Assembly (NCBI GenBank): GCA_964016885.1
Contig: OZ024757.1
Span: forward strand, 28,706,001 to 28,770,000
Reading direction: 5' to 3'
Length of the DNA stretch: 64,000 bases
From: Eledone cirrhosa
Taxonomy: Eukaryota
Positions within the stretch are counted from its first letter, which is position 1. Each line of letters opens with the position of its first letter. The notes below the pieces were generated by a model, which was not told the origin of the DNA, did no database searches, and was given only the letters and a program-made list of their open reading frames with translations. Position numbers and translations under genes: made by a program. Of the stretch, positions 40,504 through 52,730 are shown one piece after another.

Positions 40504-42045
40504 TGGACCAGAAACACTTATAGTAATCTTTTTGATATTACTATGGGTTCAAGCGATTCTGCCCAAATTACTGATCTTGTGGGCCTCTTTCTCCTTTTCA
40601 ACATAAATGCCTCTTTTCCCCACCTCAAAGGTGGTTTATATCGTGATGACTGTCTTCTTCTTTCTAACAACCTTAGCCTTTCAGAAATCGAAAAAAACAA
40701 AAAGCATATTAGATCTTTCCTTAAGGACTATTATAATCTTAATATTACTTTTGAAAAAACAAGTAAAGTAGTAAATTTCCTAGATATAACTTTAGATTTA
40801 GCTACGGGTATATACCAACCTTACCATAAACCTAACCAAAACTTACATTACATACACTCACAATCTAATCACCCTAAATCTATCCTTAAAAACCTTGCAT
40901 ATAATATATCACTTAGAATTTCTAACCTTTCTTCTAACCAAGATGTATTTGATAAAAATGCGACCTTTTATAATGAAGCTCTAGATAGAAGTGGCCACAA
41001 AAATAGATTAGAGTATATAACTTCTACTAAAAATACTGAAAACATACAGCATAATATTACCAACAAACACCAAATGAAAGGTACACACCTAAATGCCACC
41101 CACAGTATACCCCAAAATACTAAATCTTCTAATATAAAGTATAGTAACCCTCAAAAAACTACTCATCATAAGACTATAATAAATATTAATAATAAAACTC
41201 CTAATAAAAAAGATAAAACACCTAAATCTACAAATATAACTAAAAATAGTTGTGGTGAGATCATTAACATTATTCCTCCTAGTAAAAATCATGATACAAC
41301 ATATAAAAATAATAAAAATAATAAACAACATAGAAACCGTAATAGACGAGTTACTTGGTATAATGCTCCTTTTAATTTACAAGTTAAGGATAATATTGCT
41401 AAAAAATTTTTTTATATCCTTGAGAAAAACTTCCCGCCAAACCACAAATACCATCAAATCTTAAATAGGTCTACAGTTAAATTCTCATATTCTACAACAA
41501 ATAACATAAAACAAAATATAAGTGCATATAATGCATATAAATGTAAGAAAACTATAAGTATACCACCAGTACATCAAATTAACAATAATATCTCCTCAAA
41601 TACAGAATTAACGAAAGGATGTAACTGTAGAAACAAAACAAACTGCCCATTAAAAGGGAATTGTCTTGTTAACAACATAGTCTATAAATGTAATGTTAAA
41701 ACTAAAGATTCTATTTGCTCATATATAGGAGCTACCTCTAACAATTTTAAGACAAGGTATAATACCCACAAACATAGCTTTAAAAATGCCGCACTGGCTA
41801 ATACAACATCTCTAGCAGAAAAAATCAATAGTTATAAAAATAAAAATATAAAATATGATTTGACCTGGAGTGTGCTCAAAAGAGCCACCCCTTATCAAAA
41901 TAATAGAAAGGAATGTAGATTATGTTCCCAAGAACTATTTGAAATAATGAAGTCTAGGGATATCTTATTAAATAAAAGACAGGAATTAATTATATCGTGT
42001 AATCATAAACTAAAAAAAACATTTAAATATTATAAACCTAATTAA
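40504..42045 (+). CDS. PLE reverse transcriptase (C-terminal part) - Cys linker - GIY-YIG endonuclease; open but 5'-truncated
   Basis: FDITMGSSDSAQ (RT motif B'), GGLYRDD (catalytic), VNFLDITLDL, YHKP..YIHSQSNHP, CNCRNKTNCPLKGNC linker, IVYKC..YIGAT..FKTRYNTH, CRLC..E..LLNKRQE..SCNH. Confidence 0.92.
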   Translation, partial: WTRNTYSNLFDITMGSSDSAQITDLVGLFLLFNINASFPHLKGGLYRDDCLLLSNNLSLSEIEKNKKHIRSFLKDYYNLNITFEKTSKVVNFLDITLDLATGIYQPYHKPNQNLHYIHSQSNHPKSILKNLAYNISLRISNLSSNQDVFDKNATFYNEALDRSGHKNRLEYITSTKNTENIQHNITNKHQMKGTHLNATHSIPQNTKSSNIKYSNPQKTTHHKTIININNKTPNKKDKTPKSTNITKNSCGEIINIIPPSKNHDTTYKNNKNNKQHRNRNRRVTWYNAPFNLQVKDNIAKKFFYILEKNFPPNHKYHQILNRSTVKFSYSTTNNIKQNISAYNAYKCKKTISIPPVHQINNNISSNTELTKGCNCRNKTNCPLKGNCLVNNIVYKCNVKTKDSICSYIGATSNNFKTRYNTHKHSFKNAALANTTSLAEKINSYKNKNIKYDLTWSVLKRATPYQNNRKECRLCSQELFEIMKSRDILLNKRQELIISCNHKLKKTFKYYKPN

Positions 42046-43726
42046 TAACATTATTCTAGAATTTAATTTAATTTAAATGTTAGTTAACCTATAAATTTAA
42101 TTTAATTAATATTTTATTACAGATGAGAAAATATTATGTAATCATTAATTTTGAAAAACCTTTAAATATTACTAATATATATTCAGTAATTTAATTTATA
42201 GATTAATTTTAACTTATTTTAACCTTTTATTATAATTTTTTAATTTAGTTTAACCTTTTATTATAAAATTTTTTTTATTATAATTCTTTTACAGATAAAA
42301 TATAACAAAATAATATCATGTATCCTATGACGGAGAAAGAATTTTTAGTATTATTGACCTAATTAATATACATTTTGGAAATATATTTATTATTTGGTTT
42401 TAGCTTTAATCAACCTAAAACTTTAATTTTAATTTTAATTTGCTTAAAATTAGTATCCTTGTACAGACGAATTGCAGAATTTCATGTAATCATAGAATGG
42501 GAGGTGTTTTTGGATATATACCTAGTTAATATATTCTGTGCAAATTTTTTGAAAAAGATATGTATATCTATATGTATATGTATATGTGTGTATTGTATGT
42601 GTATCTGTATGTATATTTATGTGACTATATATGTATGTATGTGTGTATATATATGTATATATATATATATATATGTGTATGTATATGTATATGTATGTGT
42701 ATGTGTATGTATATGTATGTGTATGCGTATTAATTTTGATTTTTATTTGCATATAATTATATTATGCTATTGATGAAATACAATATCTGCTTTATGTATT
42801 GTATACCTAATTAACATATACTAATTAACATATACTATTGAAATAAATATATAATTTTTAACTTAGTTAACATATAATTTATATGCTACTACCGATGTAA
42901 TACTTTATTTTATTTTTATTTGGGTTTCTTTTCCCTATTATTAACTTTAATTTAGTTATAATGTAATTAATAATCTACTACTGTTTGACTTCATAATTCT
43001 GCTTCAGATATTATAAACCTAACTAATTTACACCTTGGAAATCAATATGTTGACTATCTTTGGTTTAGTTGACATATGATTAATGGTATACTTTTTTATT
43101 TTGTGATGCATAGATTTCGTATTTCCTAGCATTGAAAATATGTAAGAACATACATTGAATTAAGATATGGAAAATATTATAGGTTTCTTGAAACATATAT
43201 TTACTTTGATCCCCTTCTCCAAACCCCCCCCTTTCCCCCATACTATTATCATCTGTTTTTGTAAGTGTATATGTATGAATTTGGGTAGATGGGTGTCTAT
43301 ATAGTTTTTTTGGTATTTATTTCTAGATATAAAAATACATATATGAGCATGTAAATATGAATGTAAGATTGAGTGTGTATATATGATTGTACATACATAT
43401 GTATGTATATGTATGTATATATATGTATTATATATGTACGTGTATGTGAATGTGTGGTATATATATGTGTAGGTATATGTATATATGTGTGCGTATGTGT
43501 ATGCTTGTATATAGGAATATATATGTGTGTATATATGTATATATGTATATGCGTGTTTGCATGTATGTGTATATGGGTTCTGTATATATTTGTATGTCTC
43601 TCTATTTATATGTTTATCTTCGTATCTATGTGATATATGTGTGTGTGTGTGCATGTATGCATATGTATGTGTTTGTGTGTGTTTGTATGTGTGTGTGTAT
43701 ATATATGTATGTATTTGCGCACACTC

Positions 43727-43765
<39 letters not shown>

Positions 43766-43856
43766 AGTGTGTATGTGTGTCTGTATGTGTGTGCGTGTGT
43801 ATATATGTGTATATATATATATATATATGTGTATGTATGTGTATGTGTGTGTATAT

Positions 43857-43900
<44 letters not shown>

Positions 43901-44294
43901 ATATAGGTGTCTATGTGTGAATATATGTCTTTATTCGTATGTGTGTATTTATATATGTTTATATTTAGGTGTATGTATGTATGTGTATGTATGTATGTAT
44001 ATGTATGTGTATGTATGTATATGTGTATATGTGTGTATATATATGTATATATATATATATATATATATTATTCTTTATTATTATTGTAATATAACTTATG
44101 TGTATATGTGTATAAGTGAGGTTGTGTATGTATATATACTATGTGTATATATAAGGGTAATGAAATGTATATATATATATATATATATATATATGTGCAT
44201 GTCTGTATTTTATGTGTGTGTGTATATATATATATATGTGTATGTGTGTATGTGTGTATGTATATATGCATATATGTGTACGTGTGTGTATGTT

Positions 44295-44342
<48 letters not shown>

Positions 44343-44453
44343 TGGATGTTTGTATGTGTTTTCATGGTGGTATGAGTGTGGGATATATATGTTTATGTAT
44401 AAGTATATGTATGTGTATGTATATATATATGAGTCTATGTGTGTGTGTGTATA

Positions 44454-44500
<47 letters not shown>

Positions 44501-45269
44501 ATGTGTGTATGTGTTGCGCGTGTGTGTGTCCGTATTTTTATCTTTTTATATGTGTATGTGTATGTTCGTGTAAATGTATGTGTGTGTATGACAGTATAGG
44601 TATGTGTGTATGTATGTATGTGTAGATATCTCTATGTGCGCGTACATGTACGTATGTGTATGTATATCTGTATGCGTATGTACATTATATTATATGTAAT
44701 ATATTTTATTGTTTTTATTTTTTTATTTTTCATAATTTATAGATACATTTATATTAGGCTGTCTGTCTGACAACCTAATACTGACCCCTCCCCCCCCCCT
44801 CCCACCTAATTTCTGTATCTTGATCTTGAAATGTGTGTACCAGTGTGTTTATGTGAGTGACTTAATTTCTATTTGCTTATGATTTTATATCCACATATAT
44901 AAATGTGAGTGGGGGGTGTGTGTGTGTTTGTGTGTTCGTGGTTATGTGTATATTTATATATATACGCACATGTATGTGTGATTATACTGATATGTGTGAG
45001 TATGAAAAAAATATATTTATATGCTTGACTACATAAGTATCATTGCGTTTCTTATCAGCGCATTAAGCTTACAGAGATATTAACCTTGAAATTTTTTATT
45101 TGCATCCATCTTTTTAGTATGCACATACATATTATACACACATTATTGTAAAATGTGTGTAGGGTTTTACATGTATATACACACACCAAACTGCTTTTTA
45201 ACCCTTTGTGTTTTCATTGGTCAATTTTGAACTGATATTTTGAATTGTTGTTATTATCAATAAATATAC

Positions 45270-45424
45270 TTCATTATTTCTGAAGACGGCGTATATATGT
45301 GTTAGGTATGTATATTTAATCTTGATAATTTGTATAATTTTGTATAATTTTGTACATAGATCTGTTAAATATGCATACCAATTATAGCACATATATGCCC
45401 TAGAAACGATCGTTAAATAGTGAA
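45270..45424 (+). ncRNA. Type I hammerhead with ~116-nt extended stem II in the PLE terminal repeat
   Basis: UUCAUUAUUU-CUGAAGA-[GGCGUAUAUAUGUG..GGUAUGUAUAUUUAA..UUAAAUAUGCAUACC..CACAUAUAUGCC]-GAAA-CGAUCG-UU^AAAUAGUGAA. Confidence 0.75.
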
Positions 45425-45475
45425 CTTTTTTTGTTTAATATAAGGAATTGTTTGTTCATTATTTGTTTAATATTT

Positions 45476-45540
<65 letters not shown>

Positions 45541-46035
45541 GTGTGTGTATATATATATATAAACGAATGAAATAAGATGAAAAAAAAAAACAAAGTTATA
45601 TAATTTTAAATTTACTTATGGAAAGAAAAATTATTTAATATTTATTTAGGAGAATTGTTAATAAGTTTATAAAACACAAACAACAACAAGGAATACACAC
45701 CAAACACACATACAAAATACAAAATAACAGGGATAAACAAACATGCTGTGCAGCAGCAGCAGTGGTGGTGGTGGTAATAGTGTTGGAAGTGATTGTGGTA
45801 GTAGTGGTGACGGAGTAGGAGATGGTGGTGGTGGATTTGGCGGAACGTGTAGTGGTGGTGGAAGTATTGGTGTGGGTGGTGGTGATTGAGAAGGAGGGGG
45901 TGATGGTAGTGGTGGTGGGGGTCTTGTTTCAAATGTTTATTGTTTGTTGTTCTGTGATGTTTGACATGATGGCAAACTGTTAATGTTAATTTTCAATGTT
46001 TAACATTGAGTGTAGAAATGACAAAACTGCTGCTG

Positions 46036-46080
<45 letters not shown>

Positions 46081-46229
46081 TTATTACTACTAATAATAAA
46101 AATAATAATATTTTAGTAAATGCTTGAATTGAATTGAATAAGAAAAATAATAAAAAAAGCATGATGCATAATTTCAGTTAATATTGAATGTTAATAATAA
46201 TGGATTCTAACATAGGTACAAGGACATAA

Positions 46230-46690
46230 ATAATAATAATTGTTTCTACTTTTGGCACAAGGCCAGCAATTACCCAGTACATTACTGGTACTTTATTTTA
46301 TCAACCCTGTAAGGATGAAAGGCAAAGTTAACCTCGGCGCGATTTGAACTCAGAATGTAAAGAGCCATAACTATGCTGCAAAGCATGGTGTCTGGAACCC
46401 TACTAATACTGCCAATATACTGCCCTAGTAATTATTATTATATTTATTATTATTATTATTATTATTAGGGTGGCGGGTTGACAGATTTGGTAGAGCGTCG
46501 AACAACATGTTTTGCAGCATAGAGCTACAACCTTTTATGATTTGAGTTCAAATCCCGCCGAGGTTAGCTTTGCCTTTCATCCTTACATGGTCAATAAAAT
46601 AAAGTATCAGTAACGCACTGGTGTCGATTTAATTGACTTTCCTCCTCCACTACAAATTGCTGGCCTTGTCCCTACAGTAGAAACCCTTAT
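46230..46690. mobile_element. Two SINE family B copies head-to-head (minus then plus) around an (ATT)n spacer
   Basis: 46230-46430 minus, 46466-46690 plus. Confidence 0.85.
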
Positions 46691-47329
46691 TTATCTATTT
46701 GTTTCGTGTTTCTTTGCATGTATGTATAGATGAATACATGCATGGATGCTATATGCATATATACACATATATGCATATATACACATATATATATGTATGT
46801 GTGTGTGTGTGTGTGTGCTTATATTTAAACATTCTTGGAGATAATAAACAACAATCAAACACAAATTAAAACGAAAAAAAAACATTAAAATGTAATTAAA
46901 TAATACAAAAAAAAATATGAGGCATTAAATTCCCCCTACATCCTCTACCACCATTATTACCATCAAAATCCCCACAATCACCCCTATCACAATCACTGCC
47001 ATCATTAACATCTCCCCCTTTACACATACCCCCACCCCACCAAATTTATTTCAGTTATGATTTAAATTTAATTTGTCACTCTATTTTATATAGTGTTTGT
47101 TGCAGAGTTCTTGTTATTTATGTTTAGTTTGATTTGATTTCATGGTTCCATATATGTTACGTAATGTTCAAAGTACACATACATATATACATATGTATAT
47201 GTTATATGTATACACACACATTATATATATATATATATTTATTTATTTATATAAGCCATGCACCTTCTTACTATATATATACATATATATATATGTATAT
47301 ATATATATATAAATATATATATATAACCA

Positions 47330-47763
47330 AAGATTAATATGGTTCATTGATTACTCAATGAATACAGTTTTACAATAGATTAAAAGCACTCAACAGCAAA
47401 ATATTCCTGGAGTTTTAATATTATTCAAAATATTAACAAATGAAGATATTCACATAATCAAAATATATGCTTTATTATATATATTTCGAAGGTACTGTGT
47501 TTTTTTTCCCCAGTACGTCCTCATCAGATATATGACATACCTCTATGGTCTTGATATTTCAATTCCAGTATTGGCAGCCAATATTGACTGCCAATAATGG
47601 AATTGAAACATCAAGACCGTAGAGGTATGTCATATATCAAATCATATATTTTATCTGATGAGGACGTACTGGAAAAAAAAAACACAGTACCTTCGAAATA
47701 TATATAATAAAGCATATGTTTTGATTATGTGAATATCTTCATTTGTTAATATTTTGAATAATA
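47330..47763. mobile_element. Palindromic hammerhead cassette (spacerless ~345-bp fold-back plus left tail)
   Basis: Arms 47419-47582 / 47583-47763; hammerhead CUGAUGA-GGACGUACUG..CAGUACCUUC-GAAA-UAUAUA-UA^AUAAA at 47650-47711 (+), mirrored at 47471-47530 (-). Confidence 0.85.
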
Positions 47764-47794
47764 ATTATATATATAGAGAGAGTGAGAGAGAGAG

Positions 47795-47985
47795 AATGGC
47801 TTCTACAGGACTAGAACTGTTTCATTTGGGAGAAATCATCAGGAGAGCACCTGATGATGATTTCTCCCGAATGAAACAGTTCTAGTCCTGTAGACGCCAT
47901 TTCTATATTAAATATTTATACTCTGCTATGTATTGAGTACCTTCCTTACTGTGGTTACCCCTGATTGAATCCGGGATAAACGTGT
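47795..47985 (+). mobile_element. Second fold-back cassette with hammerhead-like cores and right tail
   Basis: Palindrome 47795-47901 with CTGATGA..GAAAC in both arms; tail homologous to 37184-37260. Confidence 0.75.
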
Positions 47986-48019
47986 ATATTATATGTGTGT
48001 GTGTGTGTGTATATAGTAA

Positions 48020-48345
48020 GGAGGTGCATGGTTAGAGTATTGAGCTTGCAATTGGAAGGTTGTGAGTTCGATTCTCAAACTAGGTGATGCGTTGTGTCCT
48101 TGAGCAAGACCCTTTATTTCATGTTGCTCCAGTTTACTCAGCTATAGAAATGAGTTGCGACTTCACTGGTGCCAAGCTGTATTGGCCATTACCTTTCCTT
48201 GGACATCATCGGTGGCGTGGAGAGGGGAGGCTGGTATGCATGGGCAACTGCTGGTCTTCTACAAACAACCTTGCCCGGACTTGTGCCTCGGAGGGAAACT
48301 TTTAGGTGCAAATCACATGACCAAAGGAGGTCTTTACCCTTTATA
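48020..48345 (+). mobile_element. tRNA/CORE-like SINE with a different 3' body
   Basis: Head GGAGGTGCATGGTTAGAG..GAGTTCGATTC, TGTGTCCTTGAGCAAGAC, distinct tail. Confidence 0.75.
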
Positions 48346-48409
48346 TAGTAATAATAATTATGAAGAAAACATCTGAAGAGGGCTCAATAAGGGTTATATA
48401 TAATATATA

Positions 48410-48590
48410 TATAATTGTTTCTACTCTCGGCACAAGGCCAACAATTATCCCAGTGCATTACTGGTACTTTATTTTATCGACCCCTTGGGGATGAAAAGCA
48501 AAGTTAACCTCAGCAGGATTTGAGCTCAGACTGTAAAGGGACGTAACTTTATGCTTGAAAACATGACGTCCGACCCTCTATCGATATATA
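48410..48590 (-). mobile_element. SINE family B copy
   Basis: Match to family B. Confidence 0.85.
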
Positions 48591-49014
48591 ATACTGGTGT
48601 TACTGATGATGATGGTGGTGGTGGTCATATTGGTGCCACCAGTAGTCAGTAGTGGTGGTCACCATCGCCATTGTCAGTATTGGTTAGCAAGGCAGGGTAG
48701 GGGTAAGCTGTGCAGTCAGTGTGAGGTGGGGTACTGGTGGCAGCTGGGTTAAAATGAGGAGAGGGCACTAGGGTAAGAAAAATAAAAGAGGGGGGGGGGC
48801 ACCCAAGTGGGGGAGGCAGCCAGGTGGGGGGGATCAAGGAGGGGGAACAGCCAGGTATGTGGGGGTGAGGAGATAGTGATAATCTGAGTGGGAGGGAGTG
48901 ACAAACTGTAACAGCCAACACACACCAATCATAGATCAAGAGCACATTTTCATCCCATTTAGCTGTCAAACTTATGTTGGATGGAATCTTGGAGGAATGG
49001 GTAGGATCGGGTGG

Positions 49015-49670
49015 GGAGTAGGGTGGTGGTGGTGGTAGTAACAGTAGTGAAAGTGGAGGAGGTAGTAGTAGTAGTGGAGGTGGTGGTAGAAGTGGTGGTG
49101 GCGGTGGTAGTGGTGGTGGCGGTGGTAGTGGAGGTGGTGGTGGTGATAGTAGTAGTGGTAGTGGTGGTGGTATTAACAGTAGTGAAGGTGGAGGAGGTAG
49201 TAGTAGTAGTAGTGGAGGTGGTGGTGGAGGTGGTGGTGGCGGTGGTGGCGGTGGTAGTGGTGGTGGTGGAGGTGGTGGTGGTTATAGTAGTAGTGGTAGT
49301 GGTGGTGGTATTAACAGTAGTGAAGGTGGAGGAGGTAGTAGTAGTAGTAGTGGAGGTGGTGGTGGAGGTGGTGGTGGCGGTGGTAGTGGAGGTGGTGGTG
49401 GTGATAGTAGTAGTGGTAGTGGTGGTAATAGTGGTTGGGATGGTAATAGTGTTAGTGGTGGTGGCGTTAATAGTAGTAGAGGTGGAGATGGTGGAAGTAG
49501 TGTTAATGGTGGTGGTGGTGGTGGTGGTGGTTCGGGTGGTGGTGGTGGTAGTGGAAATGGTTGGGGTGGTGGTGGTGGTAGTGGAAATGGCTGGGGTGCT
49601 GGTGGTGGTAGTGGAAATGATTGGGGTGCTGGTGGTGATAATATTAGTGGTGGTGGTGGTGGGGTTGGGG
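49015..49670. repeat. (GGT/AGT)n low-complexity array with internal duplications
   Basis: Directly visible. Confidence 0.9.
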
Positions 49671-50159
49671 GCAGACAAAACAGGAATAATTCCACACAGC
49701 CAGTTTCCTTCTCTCTCACTATCACTCTCATTCATTCTATCCCTTACCATTACTCTCTCTTTCTCTCTCCCTCTCTCACACACTCCTCTCTCACTCTTCT
49801 ATGCTGCTCCTCTTTCCACTCCTCTTCCTCATACGCACCATCATATCAATCATCCCCACCACTGCCACCATCCCCATCATCACCACTCACATATCTATAC
49901 ACCAATCTGTTTTGACAATGAATGTTCCAGTTGTTCAATCAACGATCAACATCAACGAAACAGCCAGCTCATGAAATTAACATCTAAGAGGCTAAACACT
50001 CCACATACACCCATGACATAATTCTCAGGGAGATTCAGTGCAGCACAGTGTGTGACAAGGCTGGCTGGCCCTTTGAATTACAGGTGCAGCCCAAAGCAGT
50101 TTCCATCTCCTCAATTTCATCAAGCATCTGATTAATCAGATGTGTCTTTCTAATCCCAA

Positions 50160-50990
50160 CCACTGTGGAACATGTACTGGAAGCATTTTATCCTGTCTCT
50201 ACCACTACCACCTTATAGGGTAGACGGGGTGCTTTTTGTCACGGCACCAACACAACCACTTTACAGAGTATAGTAGGAGCATTTCCTTGTGGCACTAACA
50301 CTACAACTTTATGGTCGGTACTGGGTGTCTTTTTATCATGGCTCTTACAGGGTTGACTGGATGTTTTTTGTCATGGTACCAACACAAACCAGCCAAGGAA
50401 TCAAACCCATCACATTATGATCGTAAGTCCAACTCCCTCACTATTCTTGAGCAAAACACTTCATTTAATGTTGCTCCAGTATACTCAGCTGAAAATGAGT
50501 ACCACCAATATCTACGGGTTTAATCCTGCGATGGACTGGTGTCCTGTCCAAGGGGAAGTCTTGTACTCTCAGTCACTTCACGCCATGAAACCAGGATAAG
50601 CACTGGCCTAACGAGCCTTCTGGCTTAAGACAGACTTTAGACCAACACAACCACTTTACAGAGTATAGTCAGGGCTTTACATTGTAGCACTAGCACTACA
50701 ACTTTAGAGTGGGCACTGGGTATTTTTTTTTATCATGGCTCTATCACTACCACCTTACAGGGTAGACTGTGTTTTGTCTGTAGCACCAGCACTACCACTT
50801 TACAGCATGCGCTGGGTGCATTTTATCATGACTCCACCATTACCACCTTACAGAGTTAACTGGATGCTATTTTTTTATGGCACTTGTACTAACACCTTAC
50901 AGTGTGGACTGGGTGCTTTTTTATTGTAGCACCGGCACTACCACTTTACAGAGTGGACTAGGTGCATTTTGATCATGGCACCAACATTGG
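50160..50990 (-). repeat. Degenerate array of the ~48-bp SINE-internal unit, interrupted by a SINE fragment
   Basis: Recurrent ACCACTTTACAG..GACTGGGTG..TTTTT..TGGCAC motif. Confidence 0.7.
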
Positions 50991-51870
50991 GGGGGGGGGG
51001 AGTGTGGAGGGGTGCGGATCATATCACAATGGAAGATGAAACATCAGGTTATGGGGAGAGGGGAGGACCATGAAGAGAGCGAGCTGTGTCTAGTAGTATA
51101 TTGTAAGACTTGCATTGCTTTCTATGTTGGCATGGGTTGGACAAGAAAAGTGAATCAGGATGTGGGTGGGAGCAGGGAGAATATCATTTTTTTTTCTATT
51201 TGCTCTACAAAATGTATTGAGTGCTCTTTTCTTTCATTTATATACCTATTTAAATATGTGTGAGTGTGTGTAAGTATATATCTGTTCACATGCATGTATG
51301 TATATGTGTGTGTTGGTGTATCCATGTACACATGGATATATCTTTCACTTCATGTGGAGGTGTGTGTATGTATGCAGTGTAGTTCTCCATGCATGTGCAA
51401 ATATATATATCTATGTATATATGTATGCATGTGTGTATTTGTGTGTATATATATATATATACACACACATACATACGTACATATACATATATATATATGC
51501 ATGTATGTAGAAAGGATTTTAGATATTTTTCACCACTATCACCACCACACCATCACCATCACCACCATACCATCACCATCACCACCACACCATCACCACC
51601 GTACCATCACCACCGTACCATCACCATCACCACCACACCACACCATCACCATCACCACCACACCACACCATCACCATCACCACCACACCACACCATCACC
51701 ATCACCACCACACCACACCATCACCATCACCACCACACCACACCATCACCATCACCACCACACCACCCATACACCAGTAGTTTGTCACTGTCAGCCTTAC
51801 TTTATGCATCCATTTCCTGTTGGCACTAAAAGTGGTCATCAACACCACCACCATCATCACTGTCATCACA

Positions 51871-51901
<31 letters not shown>

Positions 51902-51996
51902 CCGTTATCAGAATCACAATTGTCATCATTACTAGGATACAGAAACAGGAAAACAAATAGATAAATATTTAGTTAGATAGACAGACAGGCATACAG

Positions 51997-52065
<69 letters not shown>

Positions 52066-52139
52066 GAGGGGAATGGATAAATTAATGAGAGAAGTTGATA
52101 GATTAAGATGATATAACTGTTGCCTGCATCTACAACTCA

Positions 52140-52730
52140 AACACACACAGACATACACACAAACCTACTCTCATATAGACACATACAGACACACTCTCAT
52201 ATAGACACACACACACACAGACACGAACCTTCTTGTATATTGATGCACACACAGACACAAACTTTCTTATACATAGACACAGACACACAACTTTCTTATA
52301 CACATATAGATACACAACTTTCTTATACATAGATACAGACACACAGACACAAACTTTCTTATACATAGATACAGACACACAGACACAAACTTTCTTATAC
52401 ATAGATACACACACACAGACAAACTTTCTTATACAGAGATACTCACACACAGGCACACACTTTCTTATTCATAGATATACACACAGGCACACAACTTTCT
52501 TATACATAGATACAGACACACAGACACAAACTTTCTTATACATAGATACACACACACACAGACACAAACTTTTGTATACATAGATACACACACACATACA
52601 GAAATACAACTTTCTTATAGATACACATTTACACAGAAATAACTTTCTTATACACAGACACACAACTTTCTTCTATATAAATACACACACAGACCCACAC
52701 AAACCTTCTTATACATAGATACACACACTT
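52140..52730. repeat. ~30-36-bp minisatellite (AACTTTCTTATACATAGATACAGACACACAGACACA)
   Basis: Directly visible. Confidence 0.85.

Larger units (their letters stand above)
40350..45477 (+). mobile_element. 5'-truncated Penelope-like retroelement with inverted 5' segment, flanked by (TA)n
   Basis: RT + GIY-YIG ORF, downstream hammerhead at 45270-45424, 21-bp perfect inverted repeat 40485-40505 / 45457-45477; TA tracts on both sides. The extent of the 3' region is inferred. Confidence 0.75.
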
